A DNA stretch of 62,896 bases, counting the filler, from Octopus bimaculoides (Eukaryota), in assembly GCF_001194135.2 (NCBI RefSeq). It is 7 parts of 6 records of this genome, joined end to end, with 100 filler letters (N's around TTAATTAATTAA, not from the genome) between each part and the next. Parts side by side here need not be neighbours in the genome. Positions count along the whole stretch, not along the records: positions 19,322 to 39,605 come from NC_068994.1; 6 more parts are not named here. One strand, written 5' to 3'. Numbering within the stretch: position 1 is the first letter of the stretch; the number at the start of each line of letters is the position of its first letter. A program made the translations under genes and the position numbers. Positions 21,723 through 36,300 of this stretch are shown one piece after another. The notes under the pieces were generated by a model. It was given only the letters and a program-made list of their open reading frames with translations, made no database searches and had not been told where the DNA came from.

Positions 21723-22865
21723 ATTACAAGTTTATGATTAGTATTATTAAAAAGAGATTAACAAAAATTTAACAAACTTGTTTAAAATGCCTTTAATGGT
21801 TAATCAAGCAAAATGAATTTCGTTTTACATCTTATCATTGGAGGAGAAATTATTACAAAAATTTTGGATGATGATAATGATGATGTTTAATAATAATAAT
21901 AATAATAATAATAATAGTAGTAATAATAATAATAGTAATAAACAATGAATCATTCATGTAGTAACCTTGATAAGCTTGAGAAAAAAAAAACAAAAAAACG
22001 ACAAACAAACCAAATCAGACTAGACCAGACCAGACCAAACCAGGCACCAAACAAAAACAGATGTTAAGTATGTGCATGTATGTATGTGTGCATATGTACG
22101 TGTGTTTGTGTATATATATATATAATTAGATATACATATACACAAACACAAATACACATATGATAGGTAGGTTGATGTATATAATATATAAAGCAGTATG
22201 TATAGCCGAATGAGATTTGTCATAGATTAAAAAGAAAAACTATACTGGTCATTCATTATAAACTAACTCCCACTTCTGACAGTAAATGCTTAATCTCATG
22301 GTGTTCAGAAAAAGAAATTAAGAAAGCATGAAAGAGAGAAACAAAAGAGAGACAGAGAGAGATTAAGAGACAGGCAGGGAGAGGGAGAAGTTGGGACAAT
22401 AATATATTTCTTAACTTTTACTGGTTTCAGTCATTGGACTGCAGTCTTGTTGAGGCTCCGCCAAAGTTCTGAGCTGTTACTGTTTGATCACAGTACTTCG
22501 TCTGGTTGGTACTAATTTTACCAACCTCGTACAGCTACAACGGCAATGGCAGGATGAGTATAAAGGAATGCAAACCAAATACCACAAGTTATTTCTGTTT
22601 GATGCAGTGATGATTCTGTCATCTTTTGCTCCGATTATACATACATATAACAATCACTAGAGATTCACCAAACAATTGGTGGCTGCATTTATTGCAGAGT
22701 ATAATAATTTCAGGGTGTCTGGAATACCCTACGGATTCAAACTACATGGATCCCTATTTTCCTCACTTGATGTTCTGTCAGTCAGGTTTTACATATGGGG
22801 TGCTGACTGCGGCATATTCATCTGGATTTCTTTAGTCTTTAGTAGCTCTCCATATACTCTTTTAC

Positions 22866-23060
22866 TTGTTTCAGTCTTTTGACTGCGGCCATGCTGGAGC
22901 ACCGCCTTTAGTCGAGCAAATCGACCCCAGGACTTATTTTTTGGAAGCCTAGTACTTATTCTATCGGTCTCTTTTGCCGAACCGCTAAGTTACGGGGACA
23001 TAAACACACCAGCATCGGTTGTCAAGCGATGTTGGGGGGGACAAACACAGACATACAAAC
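22866..23060 (-). mobile_element. SINE family A 3' half, running into (TA)n and an N gap
   Basis: TTTCAGTC...GCGGCCATGCTGGAGCACCGCC...CGACCCCAGGACTTAT. Confidence 0.85.
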
Positions 23061-23899
23061 ACATACACAGATACATATATATANNNNNNNNNNNNNNNNN
23101 NNNNNNNNNNNNNNNNNNNNNNNNNNNNNNNNNNNNNNNNNNNNNNNNNNNNNNNNNNNNNNNNNNNNNNNNNNNNNNNNNNNNNNNNNNNNNNNNNNNN
23201 NNNNNNNNNNNNNNNNNNNNNNNNNNNNNNNNNNNNNNNNNNNNNNNNNNNNNNNNNNNNNNNNNNNNNNNNNNNNNNNNNNNNNNNNNNNNNNNNNNNN
23301 NNNNNNNNNNNNCCTATATATCAATTATATATATATATATTAATCATACACTCACACCCATAAGCTTTTATACCGTCACTATCTGCAAAATTTCACTCAG
23401 AAGACTACATAAGATATATATATGTATGGTGATTATATCTGACAAAACCAAAATTTATGAATTTGCATAATTGAAATACTCAAAAGAAGCTGGGATGTTT
23501 CTTTCCATTGTAAATGTGAAAAGCTTTCTTTTATTTTTTTTCAAAAAAAAAAAAAAAACAAATTACGACTGGGAACAGGGTGGAAGAGAGAAATAAAGAG
23601 GGAAAAAGAAATGAACTTTTAAAGAGGGTAAATAAATAATTATAGTAATCACCTGTATGGCATGTGATTCGTGATTCGTTATTAAATCCAGTGTGGTCCC
23701 ACTGCATTCAATCATTATACTGCTGACCTGCCCTTACGAATTAATGAACTAAGCTAGGATAGAGGTAATATGGTATCACAATCAAACACGCATTTCTATA
23801 CATATATATACATCAACACATATACATACACACCCTTACACATTTTAAATGTACATATGTATATACATATTACGTCTACATATGTATGCGCGTGCATGT

Positions 23900-24082
<183 letters not shown>

Positions 24083-25684
24083 GACGTGTACATGTCTGGA
24101 TATACAGACACACATATCTCACCATGTAACTACACAAGTATATACATATATGTATACATATAAATGTGCATGGATCCAAACATATGTAGATACTTTTGCA
24201 CTTATGTACATACATAGAAACTACATAAATCCTGACATATCTACCTATCTACACACACACACTCACTCACACATGCACACACCCATTAACATATGCAACT
24301 TACACACATACATATATATACTAGCAGGCACACACACACACACACACAGACATGGCTTGCATACACATGCACACCCAGATAACTATACATACTTAATCAT
24401 ATACATACGTGTACATGTAGAGAAAGTAAGAGAGAGAAGAGGGACTGCCTGAAGTTTAATTTATTTATTTACTTTTTGCATTTTTAAATCATTATCATTG
24501 TAATTACTGCTGCTGATGATGACGATGATATGTTGATGTTCCGTTAATTAACAAAAAAAAAAGAAAAGAATTTAAAACATCACACACATACATACACACA
24601 ACTATTTTAAGCAACACTTATATATGTATATNNNNNNNNNNNNNNNNNNNNNNNNNNNNNNNNNNNNNNNNNNNNNNNNNNNNNNNNNNNNNNNNNNNNN
24701 NNNNNNNNNNNNNNNNNNNNNNNNNNNNNNNNNNNNNNNNNNNNNNNNNNNNNNNNNNNNNNNNNNNNNNNNNNNNNNNNNNNNNNNNNNNNNNNNNNNN
24801 NNNNNNNNNNNNNNNNNNNNNNNNNNNNNNNNNNNNNNNNNNNNNNNNNNNNNNNNNNNNNNNNNNNNNNNNNNNNNNNNNNNNNNNNNNNNNNNNNNNN
24901 NNNNNNNNNNNNNNNNNNNNNNNNNNNNNNNNNNNNNNNNNNNNNNNNNNNNNNNNNNNNNNNNNNNNNNNNNNNNNNNNNNNNNNNNNNNNNNNNNNNN
25001 NNNNNNNNNNNNNNNNNNNNNNNNNNNNNNNNNNNNNNNNNNNNNNNNNNNNNNNNNNNNNNNNNNNNNNNNNNNNNNNNNNNNNNNNNNNNNNNNNNNN
25101 NNNNNNNNNNNNNNNNNNNNNNNNNNNNNNNNNNNNNNNNNNNNNNNNNNNNNNNNNNNNNNNNNNNNNNNNNNNNNNNNNNNNNNNNNNNNNNNNNNNN
25201 NNNNNNNNNNNTTTAAAAAAGATGAATATTTTTTTTCTTCAAAAAAATTTTTTTCTGTTTCATTTAAATGTTTTGAAATTGTTTGTTGATATTTCATTGC
25301 TTTCTTTTTGTCTTTTTCCATTTTTATCATAATTATCAATTATCATTGTTTTCTTGCAGTTTATTTTTTTTTTTTGCCAAGATATCAAATCAACACGTGC
25401 ATACATATTTCCGGAGTCCGGCCTGACTTCTTCTCTATCATCTATAATATAGCTTTGGCTGCCCAAGACAAGCAGGAATTTTTTTTAAGATTTATTTTTC
25501 TCTTTTGTTCTGTAATTTTTTTAAATATATATTTATGTATGTGTGTGCGCATATATATATAGATAGATACACATATATATATATATATATATAGGCATAC
25601 ACACACACATAGATATATATGTATATATAATGTCCATCCCCAAAAACAGGAATAGAGTCTGACATCAGATTCATCATCCAGTTA

Positions 25685-25957
<273 letters not shown>

Positions 25958-26074
25958 CTAACAGAATTCTAAGAGAATTAAGAAAGGTGGGGAGGAGAGA
26001 AATACATTGTAACACCACCCACGACCCCACTTCACCAAGTCATTTATTTCCACCAATTCTGATAAACAGAATGT

Positions 26075-26270
26075 TTAACCCTTTAACATTAAAGCTGGCT
26101 ATATATTCAACCCGTTTTAAGTTCTAATTGGCCAGATTGGGCCTTTCATACCTACTCTACAATGTCATTGTCAAAATGAATAATTACATCATCAAGATGT
26201 TGAAGCAATGAGATAATGCATGATTAAGTCAAACCAATGACAAAATAATCTGAATATATTAAAGGGTTAA
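26075..26270 (+). mobile_element. TTAA-flanked MITE family E (196 bp)
   Basis: TTAACCCTTTAACATT ... ATATTAAAGGGTTAA. Confidence 0.8.
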
Positions 26271-26732
26271 ATATATGAAATGAAGAACTGGATATACAAT
26301 GTTTGGAATTATAAGATGGCTTGGTCATGAATGGAATACTTTTGACCATGGCTCTACACCAACGAGATGTTAACAACAACTAAAGCAGTGACTGCAGCAA
26401 TGGTGACAATTGCAGAGATAATAACAGACTACTAGATGAAAGAGGTGTTTAGAGTAAATATCTAACTGTTAGATACCATTGTTAATGTCAACAGTGAAGC
26501 CAAACACAGTGTTTGTAGCAGCATGAAATAATTGAAGTGAAGCATGAAGACCTAGCTCCTCTCCTAGTGTACTGCACTTCAGAAAGGCACACAACAAATG
26601 TTACAACAGCTAAATAACTGGTATGACAGAATACCACAATACTAAATGACTATAACAATGCAAAAATATTTTATAGCCATTGTTTCATGAACTTTACTTT
26701 GATCTTCTTGGTGAAATATGCAATAAATAACT

Positions 26733-26962
26733 TCAACCCTTTTGTTACTGTATTTCTGTTGAGATGCTTTGTGTTTCTTTCAATTAATTTTAAATATAAC
26801 AAAGAATTTAGTGAAACAACTTAGTTATCATTAAGCTGGTGTTAGAAACATAGATTGTGACGAAGGTTTGGTGGAAGATTTTTATTCAAAACCTATGAAA
26901 ACAAGACATTTGTACTACAGAGCCAGAGCCGGTTTCAGCCGGGTTGGTATCAAAAGGGTTAA
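26733..26962 (+). mobile_element. TTAA-flanked MITE family D (230 bp)
   Basis: TCAACCCTTTTGTTAC ... TGGTATCAAAAGGGTTAA; near-identical to 12670-12899. Confidence 0.85.
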
Positions 26963-26989
26963 TTAATTTTGAAAACAATAATAGTTGTC

Positions 26990-27140
26990 ACAGTGTGGTG
27001 AAAATTTGGCTTTCTAATCATGTGGCTTTGGATTCTGTTCCATTGCATGGCACCTTCAGCAAGTGCCTTCTACTATAGCCTTGAGCTGACCAAATCCTTG
27101 TGAGTGGATTTGGTAGATGGAAACTGCAATAAGCCCATTG
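26990..27140 (+). mobile_element. SINE family A, diverged
   Basis: GGCACCTTCAGCAAGTGCCTTCTACTATAGCC...GTGAGTGGATTTGGTAGA. Confidence 0.7.
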
Positions 27141-27456
27141 TGTGTGTGTGTGTATGTGCGTGTGAGGGAGAGGGGGGATTATGTTTGTTCACCACCACCA
27201 CTTGACAACTGATGTTAGTTTGCTTCTGTCACATTAACTTAACAGTTCAACAAACAAGACCAATAGAATGAGTACCAGGACTAAAAAATAAATATAACAG
27301 TCAAAATGGTAAGTTTTCTATCACAAGACTATCAGCTTCTAAATGCTTAATCATTAAACCATAGTAGATATTAGGTTTTATTGTGTCTTTAGCATGGTCA
27401 ATCACATTTTAAATTCAATATGCCTCAAATTGACTCGCTACAGGAGACAAGGTACC

Positions 27457-27688
27457 TATTTCGTTATTGCCCACAAGGGGCTAAACATAGAGGGAACAAA
27501 CAAGAACAGATGAACGGATTAAGTCGATTACATCGACCCCAGTGCGTAACTGGTACTTAATTTATCGACCCCGAAAGGATGAAAGGCAAAGTCGACCTTG
27601 GCGGAATTTGAACTCAGAACGTAACGGCAGACGAAATACCGCTAAGCATTTCGCCCGGCGTGCTAACGATTCTGCCAGCTCGCCGCCT
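27457..27688 (-). mobile_element. SINE family B (tRNA head, Nin/Deu-like central domain), full length with 16-bp TSD
   Basis: Minus strand reads AGGCGGCGAGCTGGCAGAATCG...GAGTTCAAATTCC...GCCTTTCATCCTTTCGGGGTCGATAAA; CAGGAGACAAGGTACC duplicated at 27441-27456 and 27689-27704. Confidence 0.9.
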
Positions 27689-28105
27689 CAGGAGACAAGG
27701 TACCACACTGCTAATCATTGTCATTTCTATTTTTCTCAGTCATAAAAAAACAGTGTGAAAAAGGATTACTGCTTTGCTCAGGGGTACAATGGTAGTCATA
27801 ATAAAGTTTCATATTGACCATCTTGTCAGTGATCCAGCACTTTAGTCTCACAGTCATTACTGACAGGTAACTGCAATTCTTTATTCAAAACTATCAGCAC
27901 AAGCAGTTGTAGCAACAGCTGTGAATCAAACAAAGGGGACTCTCAACACGATTGTTCAACTGGCTACAAACAGACAATCTCCACACAGTCTCCTCTACAA
28001 TCATGAGAAGGAAAAAAAGTGAGGGTGGACACACTGGGTAATATGTTGCAAAATGCACTTATATCGGATAAAGAAAGTGACCACAGTTGAAAACGTCTTT
28101 GATTA

Positions 28106-28342
<237 letters not shown>

Positions 28343-28973
28343 TTATGCCACCAACAACATATCACATATACACAATGTATGTACCTTTTATACATACATA
28401 AAAAAAAACATATATATATATATCTATATATACATACACACATACATACATACATACATATATTACTATAGTGTACTACTTTGCCATTGCTTGTACTAAT
28501 TCAAATTTTTGTGCTGAACAGGCACTCCACAGGTAATGTCTTTTTATTACTATTATTATTATCATTAACATTATTACTATTAAATAAAATGCTTTATGTT
28601 GACATGCCATCTATTCAGAGAAGAACTTGAACTAATAATAACAATAGAGTGAGCATTAGTCAACTCTTGACAATTATATGTATTACATGAACACCACCAT
28701 ATTTAAGATCTCTTGAAGAAAACAATGTATTAGCAGCAAGCAGATAGCTTTTATAATATGTATACACACACTCACACACACAAATCAAAATATCAGTTCT
28801 TTTACTATTCCAATTGTATTCAGTTTGAAATTTTACAGAGAGACAGGGGTGGTGGAGGAGAGGGGGGGGGATGGGAATCACAAACTGAAACAAGAGAAGT
28901 AGATGAAGCTGGAATTCAAACATAGAATTCAAATTTTAGTCTATCAGCTTAAATTTCAATAATTGTATTTAGC

Positions 28974-29155
28974 AAGGCGGCGAGCTGAAAGAATCATTAG
29001 CACGCCGGACCAGCACTCTGCCCGAGGTGGACTTTGCCTTTCGTTCTTTCAGGTTCAATAGAATAAGCACCAGTTGAGCACTGGGGTTGGTATGAGCTAT
29101 TTATACCCTCCCACTCCACGAATGTGCTGGCATTGCACCGAAATTGAAAACCAAT
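28974..29155 (+). mobile_element. SINE family B, internally deleted
   Basis: AAGGCGGCGAGCTG...TTAGCACGCCGG...GACTTTGCCTTTC...CCAGTTGAGCACTGGGGT. Confidence 0.75.
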
Positions 29156-30019
29156 ATCAGTATCTAGTATCTAAAAAAAAATCTATATTCAATTCAATCC
29201 ACTGCCAGCAACAACACACCCACACCCCAGTTCCAAACTGAAATTATCAAAGAAAAAAAAAAATCCCCAAAGCGTCTGAGAATACTGCCCCCACATAATG
29301 CTAAGTGCTTTGGGAGGAAAAGTTACAACACAGTAGTAAGGAGCAGCAATTACTAATAACTAAAAAAAAAGACTAATTTGTGAGACACACATACCTAAGA
29401 GCTGGCTAACAATTTTTTTATTAGATTATTTTTGTTTTAATTGGCATGCAAATATCAATAAAGTTAGCACAGAGGTCATTAGATATAAAATACATATTTT
29501 ACACGGAATAGTCGTTTTAATTTTCAGCAAATATTCAGCTTGTAAGGAACAAGTACACTACTTAGCTTTAATTAGGAACTAAACATTTAGCACTTAATTA
29601 AATAGCTGAAAGAAAAATAATATACAACCTCCAACCAATCAATCATCTACTGGAGTCTAATGTACACACATATCTATCTACACACACACATAAGTCACAA
29701 AGCATCAGTGCCATTGATAAAAACTATTAAATGTTAGTTGTACACCCTTTTTGCTGTATGTTTCCTGAGGGTGATTTGGTCAAGCATTGAAGTTGTGTAC
29801 TTCAGGTGACACAGGGTCTCAAGGTTCAACCTCATGCATAAGGTGGGTATTTGAGAAAGAACAGGCAGAGAAGAATCATGCCCCCTCAACTCTTCCTATT
29901 ATGAAAGCAACGCTAGCTTTTGATAGTAAATTTCATTTCAGACACGCAACTGCTTTTTTTCGTCTTCTCTTTATCCCGATTGTATCCAACCCAGGTATTC
30001 TACCCGCTTTATGCTCAAG

Positions 30020-30146
30020 CAGGTCAAACACAGCCTCTCACACCTATCCTACAATGTCATTCTAAAAAGTAAACATGATTAATTTAAAACAATGTGAATA
30101 AATAAGCATTAAATTTGACAGAATAATTTCAATACTAAAGGGTCAA
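30020..30146 (+). mobile_element. MITE family E, right half
   Basis: CAGCCTCTCACACCTATCCTACAATGTCATTCT...CTAAAGGGTCAA. Confidence 0.65.
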
Positions 30147-30959
30147 TGTGACAGACAAGATCAATTAACAAATGTCTCATTTGATCCCAATGTTGTTATC
30201 AATTATTTTTTTCTCATGAAGTCACAGAGAAAACCACTTTAGTTTAGTCTACCCTTCCTCAATGATTTCTGGAATTGGAAAAGATCAACAAAAATTCAAA
30301 TTTCCCCATAACATAGTCAATAGCGTAAAGCAAAATAGTATGAAAATTATAAATAAATAGAATTATAATGTCTATCTTAAAATGAGTTAATAGCCATGCC
30401 CTTTATGACAAAAATAAAAAAAGGGGAAAAGAAATAAAAATATAACCAAGCCTTTATAAATAAAAAGATGAATCAAAACAAATTCATTTTCACCAGGAAC
30501 ACATACAGTATATAAGCAAGTGGAAATGAAATAATAGTATCTGAAGCAATGAGATTTTCCAACAAAACAACAATAGCTCGTAAATAAAATGGAGAAAAGT
30601 AACAAATCCTCAGTCCATACTAGAAATGTTAAGAAATAAGAGACCACGACCAGTAAATTAAAATTTTCTCCACATGGCGACAAAGATTTGAACAAAAAAT
30701 AACCAGATTTTAAACTAAGTGCATAGAGAATGTATTGTACGAAAAAAAAAATGACCAAAACAAAAAAAGAAAAAAACATGTTTGCAAAATGGTGGTTGGT
30801 TGTAACTAAGAATTTTAATTCAAAAACATCACCACTTTTAACTTTTCTCTCCAACAGAGCTAATATGCAAATTTCTATGGCATCACCATCAACATTTTAA
30901 TGCCTACTTCTCCATGTTTGTATGGTTCAGACAGTCTCTAATGTATATATATATGTCCA

Positions 30960-31062
30960 GCCATAACTGTACAGTTCAGAAGCTGGCTTCTCAACCATGT
31001 GGTCTCAAGTTCATTCCAGCTGCACTGCACCTTCAGCAAGTGTCTTCTACTATAACCAATGG
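30960..31062 (+). mobile_element. SINE family A, diverged head and core
   Basis: GCACCTTCAGCAAGTGTCTTCTACTATAACC. Confidence 0.6.
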
Positions 31063-32012
31063 CTGAGGTGTGTGTGTGTATGTGTGCACGTGCGCACACA
31101 CACAAACACACAGAGATTGTCTTTGTCCCAGTTAATTCTGAAAATCGTATAGAATTTAGTAAAATGACTGAGATTATTAAACTGGTGCTTGGAACATGAA
31201 ACAACATGGAATTTTGATGCAAGGATTTAATATAGATCACATTAAAACAGAGAGTTCATATCACAGAACCGGGAAGTGGGTGGGTGGGTAGGGGGGCTCT
31301 CAGGCAAGCTAGTGTCAAATAGAGTTAAAAATGAATACCATATGCATTAAAATGCCTTCCATACTTGCCACAGTGAAAACAGAATGGACATGATCGTAAT
31401 GCTAATAACTAAAATTTTACAGGGAAAAACATAATAATGATGGGTGCCACTTAGAAGAAGGTGCGGAATTGAAATTGACAGAAGACTTTTTCAAAAGGTC
31501 ACCTATCACTAACATCATTAATCAATGGCAAAGGGGAATTAAGCACTTCAGTATCAGACTAAATGCTTTGCTGTTTTTAAACCTCTTCCTTCTACATATT
31601 TCGTTCAAATCCTCCAGGAGGTAGGGGCTTTTGCCTTTCAACTCTGAGCTACCATCAGTTTATGCTGTGGAATAATACAACTGTCTTGTCAGTTTCAGAA
31701 ATAACTCTTATTATTAACTTTGTGAAAAATAAATAAATAGAATGAAAAACTATATATCTAACTGACCAGCTACTAATGTTGTTAAATTCTTTGTGCATTT
31801 TATATTGATGAAAACAATAACAACTATACAAAAAAAAAATATTATGAATATAATCTTCAAATGAAACTGACAGCTTGAAATATAGATCATCCCATATTAA
31901 CTGATGTGAAGAAACAGTAGCACTTATTCCAAATTAAATTACACACATAATACATTTGAATGTATATATGTGTATGTATGGTTTATAACAGCACATGTTC
32001 AAGTGTCTGAGC

Positions 32013-32068
<56 letters not shown>

Positions 32069-33689
32069 ATGTGTGTGCGTGCGTGCATGTCAGTGTGTCT
32101 ATGTGCATGTATGAATGTGTACCATACCACCCGACTTAAATAGGCGCTTACCTTTGCTTGCCCCATTACCGAATTCTCCCGGGTTTTGGCTGTTCACTTT
32201 CACTGAATCACAGAATAAAATGTAATTAATAGACTACTGAAAAATAAATCACCGAGCAGACACCAGGCAACACCAGGCAGAACTGATACCTGAACAATGC
32301 TGGCTAAGGACTAAGTTTAATTTTATGTTGGTACCTAAACAGAGCTTGACAGTTTCACCAGACAAGCAGCTTCAACAATCCCTATCTCTCTATTTCTCTG
32401 CTTATAGTTTTATCCTGCTTTCTCGGTTTCAGTCAAAAGATTGTGAAGCAATGCTAAGGTACCACAACTTAGACTGTAATAGTCAATTATATCAACTCTA
32501 GTACCTAATTTTATCAAGCTCAGAAATGTGGAAAGCAGAGTGAGCCTAAGCTAGATTTGAACTCCCAATGTAAGTGAATGCTAATAAATACTGATGGGTG
32601 CTCTACTGATTCTGCCGCCCTGATGCAAGACACACCAACACCATACCAACCCAACTGTGGGACAGGGGTTAATATACAAATAGAGTTTACTATTGATGTT
32701 GTTTGCTTGTAGATATTTCCTTCCCTATTTTTATAATCATTTATCTGAGAGCATCTGAATACAGGGGGGATTACAAATAAAAGAGAGAAAAAAATGACTT
32801 ACGAAGCAGACGCTAAACAGAGGTGCTGAAAACATGCTTAAATTACAGCAGGGTAATTCACTATGTAGAAATTAAAACCATATGTTTTTATAGATAAATA
32901 TATATATGTATATATTAAAAGAAAAAAAGGGAGGGAAAAATGACCTTTACTTGTAAGGGTGCAAGTTACCTTATTCAATCTGGGTAGCATTCCACCAAGG
33001 AAAAAAAAAATTACCTTTAAGTTTGCGGAGTTGCTAAAAGGAGATGTGAGGAAGCAACACAATGCAAATATCACAGAAAAACATGAAGACAAGAAAATGA
33101 AGAATGGAGAAGAGGATTATTTTTTTTTTAATTCTAAATAAAAGTGGAGAAAATAATAAAAGATATACAGGAAATTTGATTTATTAACTACTCAAAAGAG
33201 ATTCCTAACACTGGGAAAAGATGAGGAAATTTGAGGGGAGAGATACTAGAACTGGACATCAACTCATATTTAACCTCAGGCATATGATCAAATCTGGTGT
33301 TAGGAACATAGCAGGCATATGATTCAATGCATTCCAGCCATGACAATCCTGGCTTTCAATCAGACACAGTATATGTCGGGGTACATTATCCATTGTTTCT
33401 CCCCCAATGGCTTCAGCAGAAGAATAAGGCAGCATATATTCCTCCAAGACTGGTAGGCAAGAGAAAGTTATCAATCCAGAGACATGACTCCAGGGTTAAA
33501 CCAGTTGATGAAGCAAGTCGGCCTCCCAAAAGCAAAGTCAGTCCTTTCCAATTGTTTTCATTGCAATTTCCAAATAATTAAATTTCAATCATACGCCTTT
33601 GGCACCTCTTGAACTCAAAATGTAAAGCCAATTGAAATGCTGCTAATCATTTTGGTCTCATCACAAAAGATTCTGCCAGCTCACTACCT

Positions 33690-34070
33690 TAATAATAATA
33701 ATGGTTTCAAATTTTGGCACAAGGCCAGCAATTTTGGGGGACAGGGTAAGTCAACTATATCAGCCCCAGTGCTCAACTGGTACTTATTTTATCGACCCCG
33801 AAAGGATGAAAGGCAAAGACGACCTAGGTGGAATTTGAACTCAGGACAGATGAAATGCTTAGAAATATTTCACCCAGCATAATAATAATGGTTTCAAATT
33901 TTGGCACAAGGCCAGCAATTTCGGGGGACAAGGTAAGCCAATTATATCAACCCCAGTGCTCAACTGGTACTTATTTTATCGACCCCGAAAGGATGAAAGA
34001 CAAAGTTGATCTCAGAATGTAAAGACAGATGAAATGCTGTTAAACATTTTGCCTGGCGTAATAACAACAA
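33690..34070 (-). mobile_element. Two tandem SINE family B copies with (TAA)n linkers
   Basis: TAATAATAATGGTTTCAAATTTTGGCACAAGGCCAGCAATTT...CGACCCCGAAAGGATGAAAG at about 33690 and 33880. Confidence 0.8.
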
Positions 34071-34659
34071 CAAATCCAGCTCAGCTCAAAATGCCTTTTT
34101 CTGTCAAGCAGAAGGTTTGGACTGCAATCTGGTAGTCAAGGCAAACCACACAGCAGAAAATCTGCCAATTGATAACAACTTCCTATACAGGTACAGAGTG
34201 AGAAGTAAGTAAAAGAGCAGATACAAACGGGTGAAAGTGTTAATTCCACAAATATATTCCAACAATTTTGAAAGAAATGAGAGTGTCAGAGTGAGCTCTA
34301 GAGAGATTTGAATTGACTGGAAACAAGTAAATGAATCTAAACGTTAAGCAAAGCACTGGACGCTCTATTATTGCTGTCATGATATCTACCATATTGTCAT
34401 CATCATCATCATCGTTATCAATTTCATGTACAGTTTTCCATGCTTGCATGGATGGGTCAGATGGAATTTGGTGAGAGAGATTTTCCTATGGTTTAATACC
34501 CTCTGTGTTAAGTCTCACCTATTTCCAAGTAAGGCAATAATTCTCTATGACCAGACATGTTTTCACAGAAGATAGGAAACGAAGGACACCGCCTGCTGTA
34601 CAGTGACACTCGTTTACAACTATCACATGAAAAGCAGCACAAGGAGACAGTCAGACACA

Positions 34660-34800
34660 CATGACAAACTTCTTTCAGTTTCCCTCTATCAAATCCACTC
34701 GCACAGAAAACACTTCACCAATATGCCACGCAGTGGGACTGAACCTAAAACGCGTATGGTTGAGAAGCAGACTTCTTACCATACAAGCCATACCTGTACC
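34660..34800 (-). mobile_element. SINE family A, internally deleted
   Basis: TTCTTTCAGTTTCC...GCCACGCAGTGGGACTGAACC. Confidence 0.7.
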
Positions 34801-35663
34801 TAATGTTAACTGTAAACAGTTGCAGACCTTCAGAAATATTAAAGGCTGCTCTGCTGCTGCAAGGAAGATAACATTGCAAATGTCAAGTCAACAGAGAACG
34901 ATTTACAAGAAATGAGAAACAAAACAAAGCCTCCATGTTGCCTCACAAAAACATTAAGACAAGACACAGTCGATCAATTAAACCCAAAGTACAGATGAAA
35001 CAGTATAATCGATGAAATCGAAGGCTACTTTTTGATTAGAAAGAGGAGGGGGAAGTTTTGGTTTTGTACATGTGTTGAAATAGTAAAGCAAAATTTAGAA
35101 AAATATTAAAATCTGTTCAAAGTTTGTTTTTTTTTGCAAAGAATTTTCCCAAAACAAAACAAAAAAAAAAAAGGAATTCAACAAAAATATTAGCAAACAC
35201 AAAATATTTCTTTGATATATTTTTAAGTTTCTGTCTTGGCTTCAACAACCAATTAAAATATCAATTAGTCAAAACACATTAACAGACAATAAACTAATAC
35301 ATATAAAAACTACTAATGGCAGTTGGAGTGGGAGCAGAGAAAAGAGAAAGTGGGGGGTGGGGACCCCCTACACACTGGAATATCAATGGAGGCAAAATAG
35401 TGGAAGTATGAGTATTGGCAAATAAGTGAATGTAGTAGTAGTAGTAGNNNNNNNNNNNNNNNNNNNNNNNNNNNNNNNNNNNNNNNNNNNNNNNNNNNNN
35501 NNNNNNNNNNNNNNNNNNNNNNNNNNNNNNNNNNNNNNNNNNNNNNNNNNNNNNNNNNNNNNNNNNNNNNNNNNNNNNNNNNNNNNNNNNNNNNNNNNNN
35601 NNNNNNNNNNNNNNNNNNNNNNNNNNNNNNNNNNNNNNNNNTGTAAGAGAGAGAGAGAGAGAA

Positions 35664-35697
<34 letters not shown>

Positions 35698-35810
35698 GAG
35701 AGAGAGAAAGGAGAGAGAGAAAGAAAGAAATGAAAATGGGTGTTTTTTTGCTTTTTTTTTTTGCAGAATCATGCATTGTATGGCAATAAATGAAAAAGAG
35801 ATTAGATGTT

Positions 35811-35971
35811 TAGCTCTTTTGATACCAACCCAGATGAAACTGCCTCTGGCTCAGTAGTACAAAAGTCTTCTTTTCAACAGTCCTGAATTAAAATCTTCCA
35901 CCAAACCTTAGTCACAATTTGTTCCTAACACTAAGCTTAATACTAACTAAGTTAATTTTCTAAATTCTTTG
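35811..35971 (-). mobile_element. MITE family D, partial
   Basis: CTTTTGATACCAACCC...AAAATCTTCCACCAAACCTTAGTCACAATTT. Confidence 0.75.
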
Positions 35972-36300
35972 ATCATCATCATCATCATTGTTTAACGTCC
36001 GCTTTCCATGCTGGCATGGGTTGGACGGTTTGACTGAGGTCTGGCAAGCCAGTGGGCTGCACCAAGCTCCAATCTGATTTGGCAATGTTTCTACAGCTGG
36101 ATGCCTTCCTAATGCCAACCACTCCGAGAGTGTAGTGGGCGCTTTTTACATGCCAACGGCACAGGAGCCAGTCAGGGGGCACTGGCATCGACCACGTTCG
36201 GATGGTGCTTTTTACATGCCACCTGTATGGGACCCAGTCAGGGAGAACTGGTATTGACCACATTCGGATGATGCTTTTTACGTACCACCAGCGCAGGGGC
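35972..36300 (-). mobile_element. Repeat family C with three internal ~65-bp subunits
   Basis: (CAT)n tail then GCTTTTTACATGCCAC...CCAGTCAGGG...GACCACGTTCGGATG repeated about three times. Confidence 0.8.

Noticed and set aside
22720-22800. Plus-strand exon-like VSGIPYGFKLHGSLFSSLDVLSVR
   Set aside because: Weak donor (GTTTAC), no recognisable homology and no partner exons.
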